Part shown: positions 41,817 through 54,700 of the stretch, one piece after another
Numbering within the stretch: the first letter of the stretch is position 1
Layout of the letters: the number at the start of each line of letters is the position of its first letter
Source of the DNA: Schizochytrium sp. TIO01
Lineage: Eukaryota > Protista > Bigyra: Labyrinthulomycetes
Assembly (NCBI GenBank): GCA_004764695.1
Contig: SMSO01000033.1
Span: 2,666,001 to 2,730,000 of the forward strand
Direction of reading: 5' to 3'
Length of the DNA: 64,000 nucleotides
Position numbers and translations under genes: made by a program
The notes under the pieces: generated by a model
The model's input: only the letters and a program-made list of their open reading frames with translations
What the model was told of the DNA's origin: nothing
Database searches by the model: none

Positions 41817-44800
41817 GGTAGAGAGCTAGAGGATTGTAGTAGCCATCCTTTTGAAGCTGTGGTAATTCATGCATTCGTTTATCCATTCGCTACCTAGGAC
41901 CTTCCTAGATACCATATTTCTTCTCAGAAATCATACCAGAATTCGAGAGTGCAGATTTGCATTTGCAATGTGAGGCAATATTGGTATGTGTCATGGCGAG
42001 GCTTGTGGGAACCCTGGCATACGGGCAGTTCAGAAGTAAAGTCCGCATGCACATGGGCTTGTCAGCAGAAGGAAATTGAGGTAAACAAACGACGAAGGAA
42101 GGACATAGAAACGAGAATCCTTGTAAAGAATAGCGTGAGCAATACTAATGTTATTGGTCGCTGAAAGAAACGATATGCAGGCAAAACCAAATTGGTATGA
42201 TATGTGGACAGAGGAATGAGTAGTTTGCTTTAGTCTATCCCGATCAAGCAATCTTGTAGCTTTGGATATTGGATACGTATTATAACTCTGATGTGCGGGG
42301 TATATTTAAGACTGCATGCCGATTTGCTTTTAAAGTTAAGTTTTATATGCGGAAAACTTAAACATGTGAAAGTTTGCATTACCGAAGAAATGCAGAAGCA
42401 TCTTTGAAGCTCGAGCTGATTTTTAAAGAAGGAAAAGGAAGACTGTGCCAAGCTTTTATTGAAACTCTATAATATGTAATGAAACTATAAATCTCTACAT
42501 CTAGGTATATAAAAAAATAAATGACTAGTTGCTCTCTTTCTTCTCTTTGTTCGGGAGTGGCAATTGAGATCCATTCCATACTTTAGGTCTAGTGCCGCTG
42601 CCGCGGAAAGGAATTGTCAATATCTCAGGTCCGTGCCTCGTCGCCGTCATCCGCGTTATGCACGGTCTTCTTCAGATCAATTAACACGCTATATTTCTGT
42701 TCAGATTTATCCCCACAACTAAGGTAGAATGAGAGATCTTGTGCGTTCGTTGTGGCACTGTTGTGGATCTCGCTGTGCCTCGAGTACTCCATTCTCACAA
42801 AAACTCATTAAAAACAAAAAAAAATCACACTAGCTAGCTTACGTTTTATGGCAAGCTCGACCCGCACAGCCCATTGATCAATGCTCACTTCGCTCATTCC
42901 GAACCGCGTTTTCAGTGGAAAGGATGGCGCATAACAGAGGTCTTTTCTTCTTCAGACCCACAGAATTGCCAATGCCCTCTTTGACAAACCAACTTAACAA
43001 TTCATGGTATGCTTGATTTGCTGGTCTTGAAGACTTCAGTGACGCCTCCAACCTGAAAGAGCTTTCACCTAGAGCAAGCTTCACAGTCTGAGTCTCCAAG
43101 ATGCGCAAAGGCACGCAGCCGACTTGATCTTTGTCGCGATTCCGAGATCTTCGAGTTCTTAGGAACTCGAGCCAAAGCGAACAAAAAGGTAATGTAATAG
43201 CAACGAACAGTAAATTATTAAATGTAAAAAAAGAAGAAAAAAAAGCACAATTGAAAGTGCGCGCTAAGGCTCCGTATTGGACTCCTAAGGGGCCTGCCGA
43301 AATGCGAACTTTCACGATCAAAACCTGTTCAAGATTGACGCTGCAAACTCGGTCAGCCTGCTATCCCGTGCCAGGGAGAAAGCTCTCACGGGCTGTCGCG
43401 TGGCTCCTTTGCCTGGCAAGCATCTTCCCGCCTCCGGGGCGTGTCTACCATTTGGGCCGCGAGCGGTGGGAAGTCCAAGTTTTCGATGGGAAATCCTCGC
43501 GTTGGGTCCCGTGCCACATCGCATTATATTACTTTCCATCGCCATTACATTACCATCGCCATGATCGCGCGAATACAATTTATTGGGCAAAGCACGTACA
43601 ACGCGTGGCGACGAAGTGGACTCAATCCTGTTCGACGGCCGCCTTCATCTCGCTGGGATGTTGCGTAGTTTTATTTGGTTCTCGTTTCTGGCAGAGTTCT
43701 TCAAGTTGCTGACAATAAATCGTCCCAGAAGGAGTCCTCATGCAAACCACTCGTGGTCTTCATTTCATAACTTGGCCAAGGCACGCCCAATGGAGCGCTG
43801 CATTCATGTCGACGGAGATCATCATGAATGCAGTGCCATCATATCAAGTTGCCACCGGAATGGATTCTTGTCGTCGCTGGCTTCAGCGAGACCAATCCAG
43901 AGTCCAGCGATATTCGACGTACCTGCTGAGTCTACTTTAGCAATATAAAACTGCATTGTGCTCAAGTTCAACGTCAAGTTTTGCAGAAAACCATCATGAC
44001 GCATAAAGCTCATGAAGTCCACAGAAACTTAGAAGGTCACTCTCAAGTTCGCAAAGCTCGCTCTTGGGTAGCCTGGTCCACCCATTGCTTCGCACACAGG
44101 CTCAGAGGTGAAGGTTCTCGAGGCGGCACCTGGCTTCAATGCAAGCGTTGCACTCGACCAGAACACCGCATTTGACGACGGGTACAGCTGTAGAATCGCA
44201 CCATCGATGGCAATTCATTCATCAGTCGAGTTTATCCCAATTTAGACTTGAATTCCATCGATCAATTACCATAAAACGACCCACGAATAACAAAAAACCA
44301 CTCCTCATGAGAAACAGGCTCCTACCTTACCGGAATACGTGCACTGCACTCTAAAGCCATCGCACCTCCTAGACGCCTTCTACCCTCAACCCTAGTCCTG
44401 CAATACTTTATGTCCTCTAATCCGCGCCCCTTCTTCCAAGTACTCCTACTTTTAATACTATGTGCGGCTAGGCGCTCCGAACTCGTGCACAACTAGGTCG
44501 ACGCCCGCGCTTGTTGCCATATTACTCCGTATACTCCAGTGCTCCTGTTCTTTTAATTTGGGATGCAGAGTGAAAAAGGATTTGAGAGTCAAAATCTCAT
44601 TCAGAGTGAGGGGCAAGGGCAATTTAAGACCGTCTTAAAACCTGTCGAACTGTATTTTAATTGAGGACGAAGGAGGGGCGGCCTAAATTGTGCGCACGCG
44701 CAGGGGGCATAGTGCAAGTTATCAGTACTTCACGCGCACGTGCGCTTAGCAAATGGGTAAAAGAACAGAGGGGAATGGAGTCGGGGAAATTAATACTTCG

Positions 44801-45077
44801 AAGGTGCTCCTCGGTGAAAAGAAAACGTGGGCTCGGGATGGCTTTGTGAGACCTCGCTTTAAAGAGGTGAAAAATGTTTTCGAACACTTAGTATTTGTAA
44901 GGAAGGAGAGGAAGAAAAGAATACGGAATGAATGAAGAAATGAAATGAAAATGAAAATGAAGGAATGAATGAATGCATAACTACAAAGACCGATCGATCC
45001 ATCGAGGTCGTTCGCACGTGGAGAGGACCTGCGAAGAAGTTCCGCGCGAGAGACTCGCGAGAGAACGCGGGGGGAAG

Positions 45078-46421
45078 ATGGGGTGCGTGAGCTCCGCACC
45101 GGCACCCTCCGGCGGTTCTGCGGCGCCCATGCGCTTCGGGCCCCGGAAGAAGTCCGCGGCTCATGAGGAGGCTGCGCGTGCACAGCTAGGATATCCTCGA
45201 CTCCAGGGAGCCCAAAAATCGTCAACGACAGCATTGGGATTCACGACGACTGACCCGTACACGGGCATGGAGAATAATTTCTATGCGAGAAACAACAACG
45301 AGAAGGACCGCTTTACGAATGATGATTATGTGCTGGAGGAGGACATCCCACCTCCACCGCCTCTTGAGGCTAGACCGCCGAGTGCAACGAAGAATTTTGG
45401 CAAGAGCTCGGGACATGCTTCAGACTTTCAAGACCTCCAGTCTGCGACGGCAATGCGCAAAAAGTCTTCTCCTCCCCCGTTGCCTGCGAGACGCAAATCA
45501 AGCAAGGCCTTATCTAAATCGAGGTCGTCTAAATCGAGGTCTTCAAAGTCGAGGTCGTCAAGGAGGAGACGCGACGAGGACGAAGATCGCTACGACGAGG
45601 AAGATGACCATCGTGATGCTGATGAAGAAAAAGAGGACTTCCCTGATGACTATGAAATAAATACCAATCCTGGCAGGGGCCTAGGAAGCAGCAACAGCCG
45701 CGGTATGTATCAGAACCGCATGGACGATGAGTACGAGCTCAACTTGAGCAGTACTCGTAAATCTGCTGCGAAACGCAAGTCTACCTTGGCCAAGAGCCTT
45801 AGCAGACGTAAGACGGAGCGCAACGCTGATACCTACGCCCTGACAAGTCCGAGTGGTATGAACTATGAGGATGACTATGGCTTCGGTCGCACTAAGAGCA
45901 ACAATAACAACGACACTGAAGAGGAGTACGATGACTTCGACGATTTTGAGGATGAAGGTCGTCGTCCAACCACACCATACATGCTAGCAAAGCAGAAGAT
46001 TGCAGGAGTGCCTCTTCGCAAGTCGATGCGCCGCTTCAAGAAGAGCGGAGATGCGATGCAGTCATCCTCCTCATCATCATCATCTTCCCGGAAGTCGTAC
46101 CGCAGCAGGGGCTGGTACGGACCAGATGACGTGGATGATGACGCCTCTTCAGTATCAATGAGCTCTACAGAGCGCACAATGCCTCGCCATAAGGAGCTGC
46201 CAATTCCACCCAGTCGCCGTACCGGAAAGAATGCGCTCGCATCTCCAACCAGTACCTGCAGTACGAGCAGTGGCTTCAGTAGCAGTACAACTAGCAGCGG
46301 AAAATACTCGCAGCCAAGATTTAGTAGCGATACCCCGGTTGGAAGATCATGGGACCGCATTCAAGCTGTTGCTGCACGCAAGAGCGGCGACTCTGACCAA
46401 TACCGTGCTAAGTGCTACTAA
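45078..46421 (+). CDS. Low-complexity, probably disordered Ser/Arg/Asp-rich protein with N-terminal MGCVSS acylation motif
   Basis: Long ORF. The ATG at 45078 gives MGCVSS, preferred over the upstream ATG at 44973. PxxP motifs are present. Confidence 0.65.
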   Translation: MGCVSSAPAPSGGSAAPMRFGPRKKSAAHEEAARAQLGYPRLQGAQKSSTTALGFTTTDPYTGMENNFYARNNNEKDRFTNDDYVLEEDIPPPPPLEARPPSATKNFGKSSGHASDFQDLQSATAMRKKSSPPPLPARRKSSKALSKSRSSKSRSSKSRSSRRRRDEDEDRYDEEDDHRDADEEKEDFPDDYEINTNPGRGLGSSNSRGMYQNRMDDEYELNLSSTRKSAAKRKSTLAKSLSRRKTERNADTYALTSPSGMNYEDDYGFGRTKSNNNNDTEEEYDDFDDFEDEGRRPTTPYMLAKQKIAGVPLRKSMRRFKKSGDAMQSSSSSSSSSRKSYRSRGWYGPDDVDDDASSVSMSSTERTMPRHKELPIPPSRRTGKNALASPTSTCSTSSGFSSSTTSSGKYSQPRFSSDTPVGRSWDRIQAVAARKSGDSDQYRAKCY

Positions 46422-46664
46422 TGCCTCAGCATGTTTATTATCTTGTATCCCGCTATTCGACTTCCTATGGGCTCGTGAGGGCCCTATGAAGCCTAATGTC
46501 GGCGAGGAATATCATCCAAGTGATGGGGAGGTGCTGCTTTGGCACCCAATCCTTCATGTTCTTTTTAATGACCCTTACTTTTGAGAGGCTACTTACCACC
46601 TTTTTCACCAATATATCATCCACTCGGATCACGTAGATGCGCGTACTCTCATTCAACACTGTTA

Positions 46665-46729
46665 CTACCTACCTACCTACCTACCTACCTACCTACCTAC
46701 CTACCTACCTACCTACCTACCTACCTACC
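46665..46729 (+). repeat. (CTAC)16 tetranucleotide microsatellite
   Basis: Read directly. Confidence 0.95.
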
Positions 46730-48245
46730 ATATATAGCTTGTCAGTTATGGATGAGCTTTTTCCCAAAGGCAATCGCGGCAGCTGTTGTTGCTGCTGCAG
46801 AAAAAATAACTCCTTTTGGCCGACGATGCCCACTCCATGAGCATAAGTCTTGCTCCATTTCACCCTTGTCATGGTCTGGCCCGTCCAATGTTTTGATAGT
46901 TTTTAATGCCAAATTTGCAATTTTTTTGTCGTTTTCCCACTGATTATTCCCGCTTATTCATTTCTCAAAATCCGCAGAGGTACCGGCAAATGCCATCCCT
47001 TCTAGTTTTCTGTCACGGACTTTCCCGTGTTGCCTTTCCAGAACCTTCTGCAGTGAGCAGTCAGCTCCAGAGACGCGCGGTTTCTCACTTGTGTCCGTCT
47101 TTCGTGTGACTTCCTCTGATTTGAAGAGATTTTATGGCCGCACCTTTCCACTACTAGTGCTAAGAAGCACCACCACGACTGCTATTAAGTATAGTTGATT
47201 ACCCAAAACAGTATGCGTACCTACCCACTCAATGTCTATCTCCACCCATGTGATAATTGATTAATGACTGGCTCACTAATATTGAGCTAAGGTATGAGGA
47301 ATTGCATCACGTGCCATGCAGCTCTAGCTAGATAGTAGGATACTTAAAAGTAACTACTACGTAGCTTTGTTTCTGGTGGTTTTAGCAGGTTCAGTGGAAC
47401 GCTTTCTTTATTTTATTTTAGTATAGATAAAAGCGCACGTTCACACCGGCTCTTGTCCTACGGTGGCCTATGGTTTCGTAGGAGTCAAATAGGATTATAA
47501 GCATAAAATGTAAGCGAAACTTGCAGTTGAGCTTGGTGTATAAGTTCGGCAAGCGGGCGAATAAAAAAGAATGTTGATGCAACAAGATGCCGTCTAAGTT
47601 AATAGCATTGGCATGACTTTTAAAAAACTCGATATGTAAATATGTGACAAGAAAGAAGACTACAAGCTTGAACTAAGCTCCGCTTTGGACATATGCTTGA
47701 ACTCAGCGATTCAAGATTACCTAGTACAAAAGTCTAGATACTGACAAGCTGATGTACACATCTCAGTAATGCTTTACAACCCCAATGAAAGGGTAGTCTT
47801 AGATCTTAAGCGTGCACTTATAGACAATGTTTCCAAGTATAGTAGTGGTGAGTATGAATAATATTACAGTGGGCGATGATAAAACTAAATCATTTCCGAA
47901 ATTGTTCAGGATAGCAAACCGTGCCAAAATCATGCCAGTCAGTACAGCTTGAACCTCGAACCCAAATCACAAAATTTCTGGAGTAATATTTCACCAATAA
48001 ACGAGGAAAAAACAAACAGCTTAGTCTTTTAAAGTAGAACGTAATAAAAGTATGCTCTGAGAACGCCGCGCCGCTAGGTTGTGGGCTTGCCTCGATATTT
48101 GAACAGCACCAGCAGCAACAACAAAACGAAAATTAACAATGAAGAAATAGAAAATCAGAGAAACCAATTAAACCAAAAGGGGGTAAGGCTGGTCTGACTT
48201 CTCATCACAATCAAAATAATAAAATCCTCACAGGGTTCATGACCC

Positions 48246-49286
48246 TTACTTTTCAGGAGCCTTTGGTGGGTCAGTCAGGTCTTGTTTAAAAGAACCTGCA
48301 AAATCTTTGGCCAGCAGTTCCTGCATTTCATCAAGGAAGTTAAAGATGCCAGGTGTTTTCGCAACCCATTCACGAAAAATCTCCATAGTCATATCATCAT
48401 ATGGAGAGATACCCAAGGAATCCCAGACAAGCTCAGCAAAAAGAGTACAGGTTATGCGAAGCTTATGCTTAAAGCGAGGCAGGGGACCGTTCTCAATGAA
48501 AGCCACAGATTCTACGGCAGCGGCATCAAAAATCGAGACCGGGATGCAGTCATCCTCATTTTGGTATGCTGCAAGTTTATCACGAATGGTCTCCCTCGCT
48601 GTTTCGGAAATGCAAATCTTTTCAATGGCATAAACCTCCAGATGACGTTCCCACACACGTTCTGCAAACTCGCGAGAAAATGTTGCAGGGCGAGCATCAG
48701 AAAGATACTCAACCTTATCAATAAAACGTAGTATCGCGATGGCAAACACTGACCGAATGTAGTCGGTAAAACATTCTCGGCCATACTCAACATCCAGCAC
48801 ATTCTTGAGACGTGTGCCAATGATTGCTCCAATCATGGCATTAAACTCAAACTTTGAGATTTTTCCGTCGCGGTTAGTGTCAAACAGCGGAAATAAGAGC
48901 TGAACATTATCTTGAACTGAGCCTCGGTACATGAGAACATATGTAGAGACAACAAACTCTTGAGCATTAACAGTCCCTTTACGATCTGGGTCAAAGAGAA
49001 GCCAAATTTTGTCAAAAAACTCTGGTTCAATGCAGATATTCATATCTTTAAACGCCCGCCGCATCTGTTCCTTATCCATTGCAAGATAATCATCAGTCTC
49101 AACTGACAGTTCAGCTCTTTGTTGTTGTTGCAGCAGTTCTTTGAATTTGGCCTCCAGCTCTTCAGTTTCCTGCTCAATGGTGGACTTTTTATTCTTGAAA
49201 AACTTAATCTGCTTCGACTTGTGCCCCGGCTGCGATGTCTTGCTTTGGCCAAGCGAGACTACGCATAGAAGCTTGCGCAAGCTCAT
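48246..49286 (-). CDS. Neuronal-calcium-sensor/calcineurin-B-like EF-hand protein containing an inserted RGS-like domain
   Basis: EF loops FDPDRKGTVNAQEF and FDTNRDGKISKFEF. RGS-like YGRECFTDYIRSVF..LRFI..AERVWERHL..ICISETARETIRDKL..SIFDAAAVES..ENGPLPRFK. Confidence 0.72.
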   Translation of the reverse strand: MSLRKLLCVVSLGQSKTSQPGHKSKQIKFFKNKKSTIEQETEELEAKFKELLQQQQRAELSVETDDYLAMDKEQMRRAFKDMNICIEPEFFDKIWLLFDPDRKGTVNAQEFVVSTYVLMYRGSVQDNVQLLFPLFDTNRDGKISKFEFNAMIGAIIGTRLKNVLDVEYGRECFTDYIRSVFAIAILRFIDKVEYLSDARPATFSREFAERVWERHLEVYAIEKICISETARETIRDKLAAYQNEDDCIPVSIFDAAAVESVAFIENGPLPRFKHKLRITCTLFAELVWDSLGISPYDDMTMEIFREWVAKTPGIFNFLDEMQELLAKDFAGSFKQDLTDPPKAPEK

Positions 49287-51703
49287 TCTCTTACACCCGC
49301 CTCTACAGAACTCAAGGAGACCAAGCAGTCCACCACTGCAGCATTCGGGTTTGTCGTCAAACCTCTACTAAAATATCTTGGTGCGGCCCTCACCACAAAT
49401 ACACTAAAGTAAAATCACCATACAAACTCAGGTCGGGCGTTGACTTTCCTTAGGGGTACACGACTTTGCAATTACCACATTCGCACTGCTCCTATGGATT
49501 TTACTATAGAAATCCATGCTAACAAATAGACAGTAGAATCGCGATCCAGCCTACCTTCTCAGAACACACTCTCGTACAGGACTTTGATATTTAATAAGTC
49601 ATTGATATTTTTTATATATTTCAAGTCTGGTATGAGGTGCCAAATTGTCACGCGCTCACCATTGGCTTCGGAATTGAATTGCTCTTCTATCTTTAAACTG
49701 AATTTCGGTTCTGCGTTGATCCAAAATCAGCAGAAGTCCTGTGAGAGCCCCGTTTCCCCGGTTCGCGTCTTTGAGTAGAAGCAGAGCTTGGTTTCTCTTT
49801 TATTTTTTTGCGAGGCAAGATTTTGTTAAAGACAGACGCGTCAGGCGGCGCGGGCCAAATTAAACTCTGCATATAAACTACTAGACGATAAGAGGTCCCA
49901 TGCGTGGCAAGTTGGCTACGGATTGCGACTCCCTCTGCAAGTGCCGGCAAACAAACCTTAATCAAGTTCAAGGTGAGTACTGCTGTCCAGAGTTTCCAGG
50001 TTCGACGAAAAGGTTTAATCTCTTTCCAAGTTGAAGATCGAGTCCAAGCACAGCATCCAAGATCTCGTTTAAAGGCCAAGGTCCAAGGTTTTGAGAACCA
50101 TCATGATTATTGCAGGAAGTTCATTTGGGTGGTGTTGCCAGAGAGTGGCATACAAATTCGGCAAACACCAGATCGTAGGGGAACCTCAAGGCCATGTGCT
50201 TGATGAACTGGGAAAGACCGTCTAAACTCATATCTACGAACATCTGAGTCATACCTCATAAAGGAGCCTTCAACGTGTGGATAAGGAGAGGGAAGGTTAT
50301 GTGGGTGCATATTCACGATGTTGAGGTTATTCGTAATACTACGTATCTAGCTAGGCGCAAGTGCATAATACTGATAATGAGTGCACTTAGTACTTAAGAC
50401 GCTAAACTCGAAATTGACACAGTCTATGTGTGCACGTAAGACCTTCAGGCCATGGTACAGAAGAGCTATTTATTCGAGTACTCTTACTTTAAAATTGATA
50501 AGATAATGGCACGAGCCAGTTTCTACAGGGTCGATAGGAACTTCTCAAACTAGTGAGAATCAGTCGACGTCGAAGCATTGATAAAAGTAGCATCAGTAAT
50601 ACCACTACTATAAACAGTAGCAGTAATAGTAGTAAGAAGAAGCTGCCTAGCCTGAGTATTAAATTACATTTAGGTACCTGCAACCAATGAAAAGTTTGCT
50701 CAGGGCGTCTCGAATCTCTGTTCAGGTTGTCTCCGCTCTGCCAGGGCGAAATATGGTGCCCCGTGATTTGTCAATGAAGGCTCTTGTTTAATAAGTGATA
50801 ACGTTATAAGAATGGCTTCAATCTTGTCGTTTGTAACATCTCCATCATCTAATGTCGAGGAGGTCCCATCCGCATGAGGCAAGAAGAGCAAATCGTACTG
50901 CCTACAATGGTGAATCTACCAATCCTGTCATTTGAAGAGTTTAAAGCATACCACTCATGGCATTTAGACGGCCCAATCCTGGTGCAGGTAATAGTCTGAA
51001 GATTTGCTAGTGCTATCAGGGTGTGCCAGTTCATTTATTTTCAACTTGAAGTCGAGCCCTTTAGGTTCATATAGTCTCTCTCAAGGTATGCATGCTCATT
51101 GCTCGGAGATGTTGGAGAATAATAATATTTATATTCAACATAGAGGTACTTCAATAGAATGCTAAAACAGTACCAGAGGGTTACATGTCTCAAAGCTAGG
51201 CCTTTTTTTAGATACCATAGTGAATACAATACGAAAGCTAATTATTGTATTCAGATTATTGTGCTCAGTGTGATCCAGCTAATGCTAAACGGAATACGCC
51301 TTGCGCAGGAAAGGCTTGAGCAATCAAAGTCATCATTGATGCGAGACCCAGCAGTTGATGAAGCTGGAAGTTCTATACTCAACGGATCTACAACTCCTCT
51401 GTCTTTGTTTACTTTTTTTTTTTTGAGAACTTTTGACTAAATATATAAAATTTATAGCTTACCTGTGAATAAGTCTACGCTTAGAAGTTGCTTATTTTCG
51501 ATTAAGTTTATGTGTGTCAAGTGCTGTTGTAGTTGGATGTGCAGAATTGTAGTGAAATATTAAGGCAAAGGAAGACAAATATATACCTTTATAGGTGCAC
51601 TGAATAAGAACAAAAAGTAAGGAGGTGCCATTGGAGGGGAAATCTCAATCGATGCCTACCGGTTCGTGGCGGTCGGAGACTTTTTAAGATATCACATGCG
51701 AGG

Positions 51704-54700
51704 ATGAGCTTTGATGCGGCATTGAAGCCATGCGTGGTCAAAGCACTCCAAGACATTGACAAGGGCGAATCGGAGATTATCCTGAAGGACGTTGGACTCT
51801 CATATGAGGAACTATTAGCGGTGGCAAATGCTCTCAAGAGAAACCTCACGGTACGCAAACTTGACCTTTCAGGCAACGCCACGCTAGATGCAAGGGCGGG
51901 CGACATTCTTCGATCTTTGCTAGAAGTGAACGCCTTTCTTGATGAAATTGATCTCTCAGGCTGCTCAAAGATTGGCCCTTCGGGTATTAGCGAAATTGCG
52001 AATGGCCTTCGAATCAATATGACAGTTCGTACGCTTCATCTGCGGAATACGGAAATGGGCGGTTATCTTGGTACACGTCGATTATCAAGTGCCTTGCGCA
52101 CTAATAAGTCTCTCGAGAACCTCGACCTGCGTATGAATGGACTTGGCGTACAAGGTGCAAAACATCTTGCCAAAGCCCTTGTTGGCAACACAAGTTTGCA
52201 ATTCTTGAATATCAGTGAAAATGATATCACAGACGACGGTGCGGTGATGATGTCGAAGACTCTTCGAATGAACCGTAGCTTGGAAAAACTTGATATGTGG
52301 AGAAATGGTATTGGAGAGCATGGTGCTTCACATCTCCGAGAAGCTGTACGAGAAAATTCGGTTATTCAAACTCTCAACACAGAAAACGTCATCCATCGCA
52401 ATGACAACGCACGGCGTATCATCGGGCAACGTGAAGCCCAAAGCCCAGCCGTAAAACTGACACCTCTTGAAAGGAGATCGATGCAGTTGTTTCGGTGTAT
52501 TTTTCAGCACCAGGGTTGGCACGAAGATGATCCAGACACGTTGCTTGAAACCGATGAGCAGGAGGAGGCACCTGACAAAGTTGCAGCTATTATCAGCATG
52601 GTAGAAGATATTATACCAGAGGAGAACCGAGATGTTGAAGTGGTTCTACCATTGAGGTTTTCTCCAGAGGCTTTTCGTCTTGCCCATAACGACACCGAAC
52701 TCTTCGTGTGGTGCATTGAGCAGCTTGCACAAGCTGATTGCTACAGCAAAATGCTAGATGAACCCCTCAAATCAAGTCGCCTTTGGCTTCAAGAGATTGA
52801 TGGTGAAGCGATGCCTATGGCTCACCTTATTATGAGCAGCCGAGAATGTGATGGCGGTGTTGAAAAGTTATGCGAAGCGATTTTCAATCATATGACAATT
52901 GACGAAGGCAGGAAATTATTCAAAGCGAAGGACAGCGCAGGGCGTACATTTCGCTCTCTTGCGTCAGGACACGCTAGCGAGAGCATCGTAGCATGGGCCA
53001 AAGGGTACGGCACCTATCTGCTGCGTTATGATATTGTTGATGGCCCGCCTGTTCACGAAAGTAAAACATGTGCAGTTCATTTTGCTACGGACATTCTTAC
53101 TGAACAAGAGGTGGCTTTGAAAATTATGAAAGATCCAGAACAGTTTCGAAACGAACTTATCTCTCGGGACCTCATCAAGCCAAGTGATTCATTTGAATCC
53201 CTTCCAGATGTTATTGAAGCTAGCGAGTGCACCGTCAAACTAATGACGCATGTCGTCCCAATCGTCCGAGCGCATTGCGCAGATCGGTGTGTTGTAATGC
53301 CCCGTGCAACTCGTTCGCTCTTTGAAGCGATCAATACAGAACAATTTGTCTCTCGGCAATTAGGTAAAATCCGAACAATTGCGTATGCGCTGGCGATTGC
53401 ATTGCAAGAATTACAAGAAGGAGGACGAATTCACGCAGATATCAAACCACGAAACTTTGTTCGTGTTTCAAAGAGCACTTCAGATACATTTGCAGCAGAA
53501 AACGGAGCTCTTAAGCTGCATTCAAAATGGTTTCAAGTTCGGCGTGCTTCATTGAGATCTATTGAGGGAAGTGGAGGTGAAAATTCGAATGATGAGAGTG
53601 TTGTTGGTGAGGACTGGCAACTCATCGACTTGGATGCATCTGTGGCTATAGGAAGCCCTGCAGGTCTGAAACACAGCAGCGGCTACTGCCCTCCAGAGTT
53701 AGCTCGCGAGTTATTTCCGGCCGGGGCTAGTGGTACTGTTGTGGCTGCTTCTAGCTTTGATGTTTGGAGTTTTGGGGCAATTTTTTACCAGATGCTTTCA
53801 GGTACAAAGCTTTTCATGGTTGACGAAACTGATGACAACTTAGTTTCATTTCATCAAAAAGCAGAATTAATTAACTGGATTACAATAGATCGAGATCGCT
53901 TAGCTCGCATTCACAACGAAGAATGGGCTCGTTGGGAAACAGAATACGCAAAGGATCTCGTACGTGGCTGTCTTATGGGCGACCCTAAAGAGCGTCTCAC
54001 AATCGACGCTGTATTGAAGCACCCATTCTTCACAACAGCAGAAGGCAAACCAGCTCTGGCGTCAGCACCTGAAAATGCCCCCCTGAATGCCGTTTCGGAA
54101 AGCAAAGATGGCGTGGAGAGCTATGCGTCTCCTAAAGACGCGACTAAACGCATTCTGTCTTTCCGTGTCAAAGTGGAGCCTGCAGGTGGAAGCTCGTCTC
54201 GCGCGAAAGGATTTCCGTTGCGTCGACGAGCCGAGCTTGAAATGGTGTATCCTCAGCGATACCACTTTTTCTTGTCTCACATGCAGAAGGAAGCTGCCGG
54301 CATTGTAAAAGATTTATATCTCAACTTGACAGAAGCAAGGTGTTTGGCTTGGATTGATATGCATGCCGAAGATCTTACACAAGATTCGATGCGGCATGGT
54401 GTCGAAAACTCGAGCTTCTATTTACTAGTCTTGACAACAAATGTACTTTTTAGACCTTTCTGTGTCATGGAGCTTTTCTGGGCGATTACTCATCATGGTG
54501 AAGATTCGGATAAAAAGATTGTATTCGTAGTTGAGGAAGACGGGAGGTTTTCTCCCTGGGATGCTGAAATAGACGTGCCTTGGATCTCGGACAAGGAGTA
54601 TGAAGCAGTTCTTACAAAGCGCGGTAGACTAAGTGCCGAGGAAATTCAAAAGAAGGTGGATGCCTTCAAACTAGCCTCCAAACAGCTTCGTGCGGGCATG

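Noticed and set aside
43822-44100. C-type-lectin-like words on the minus strand (CEAMGG...LWIGL...FRW)
   Set aside because: Interrupted by a stop, motif spacing too long and downstream cysteines absent. Probably chance or an unrecognisable relic.
46665-46729. (CCTA)n as an interstitial telomere linked to the telobox gene
   Set aside because: A simple TAGG tetramer rather than a TTAGGG-type repeat; an ordinary microsatellite.
49450-51450. Possible transposon or pseudogene relic upstream of the LRR-kinase-TIR gene
   Set aside because: No transposase/RT motifs, terminal repeats or sustained reading frame seen.
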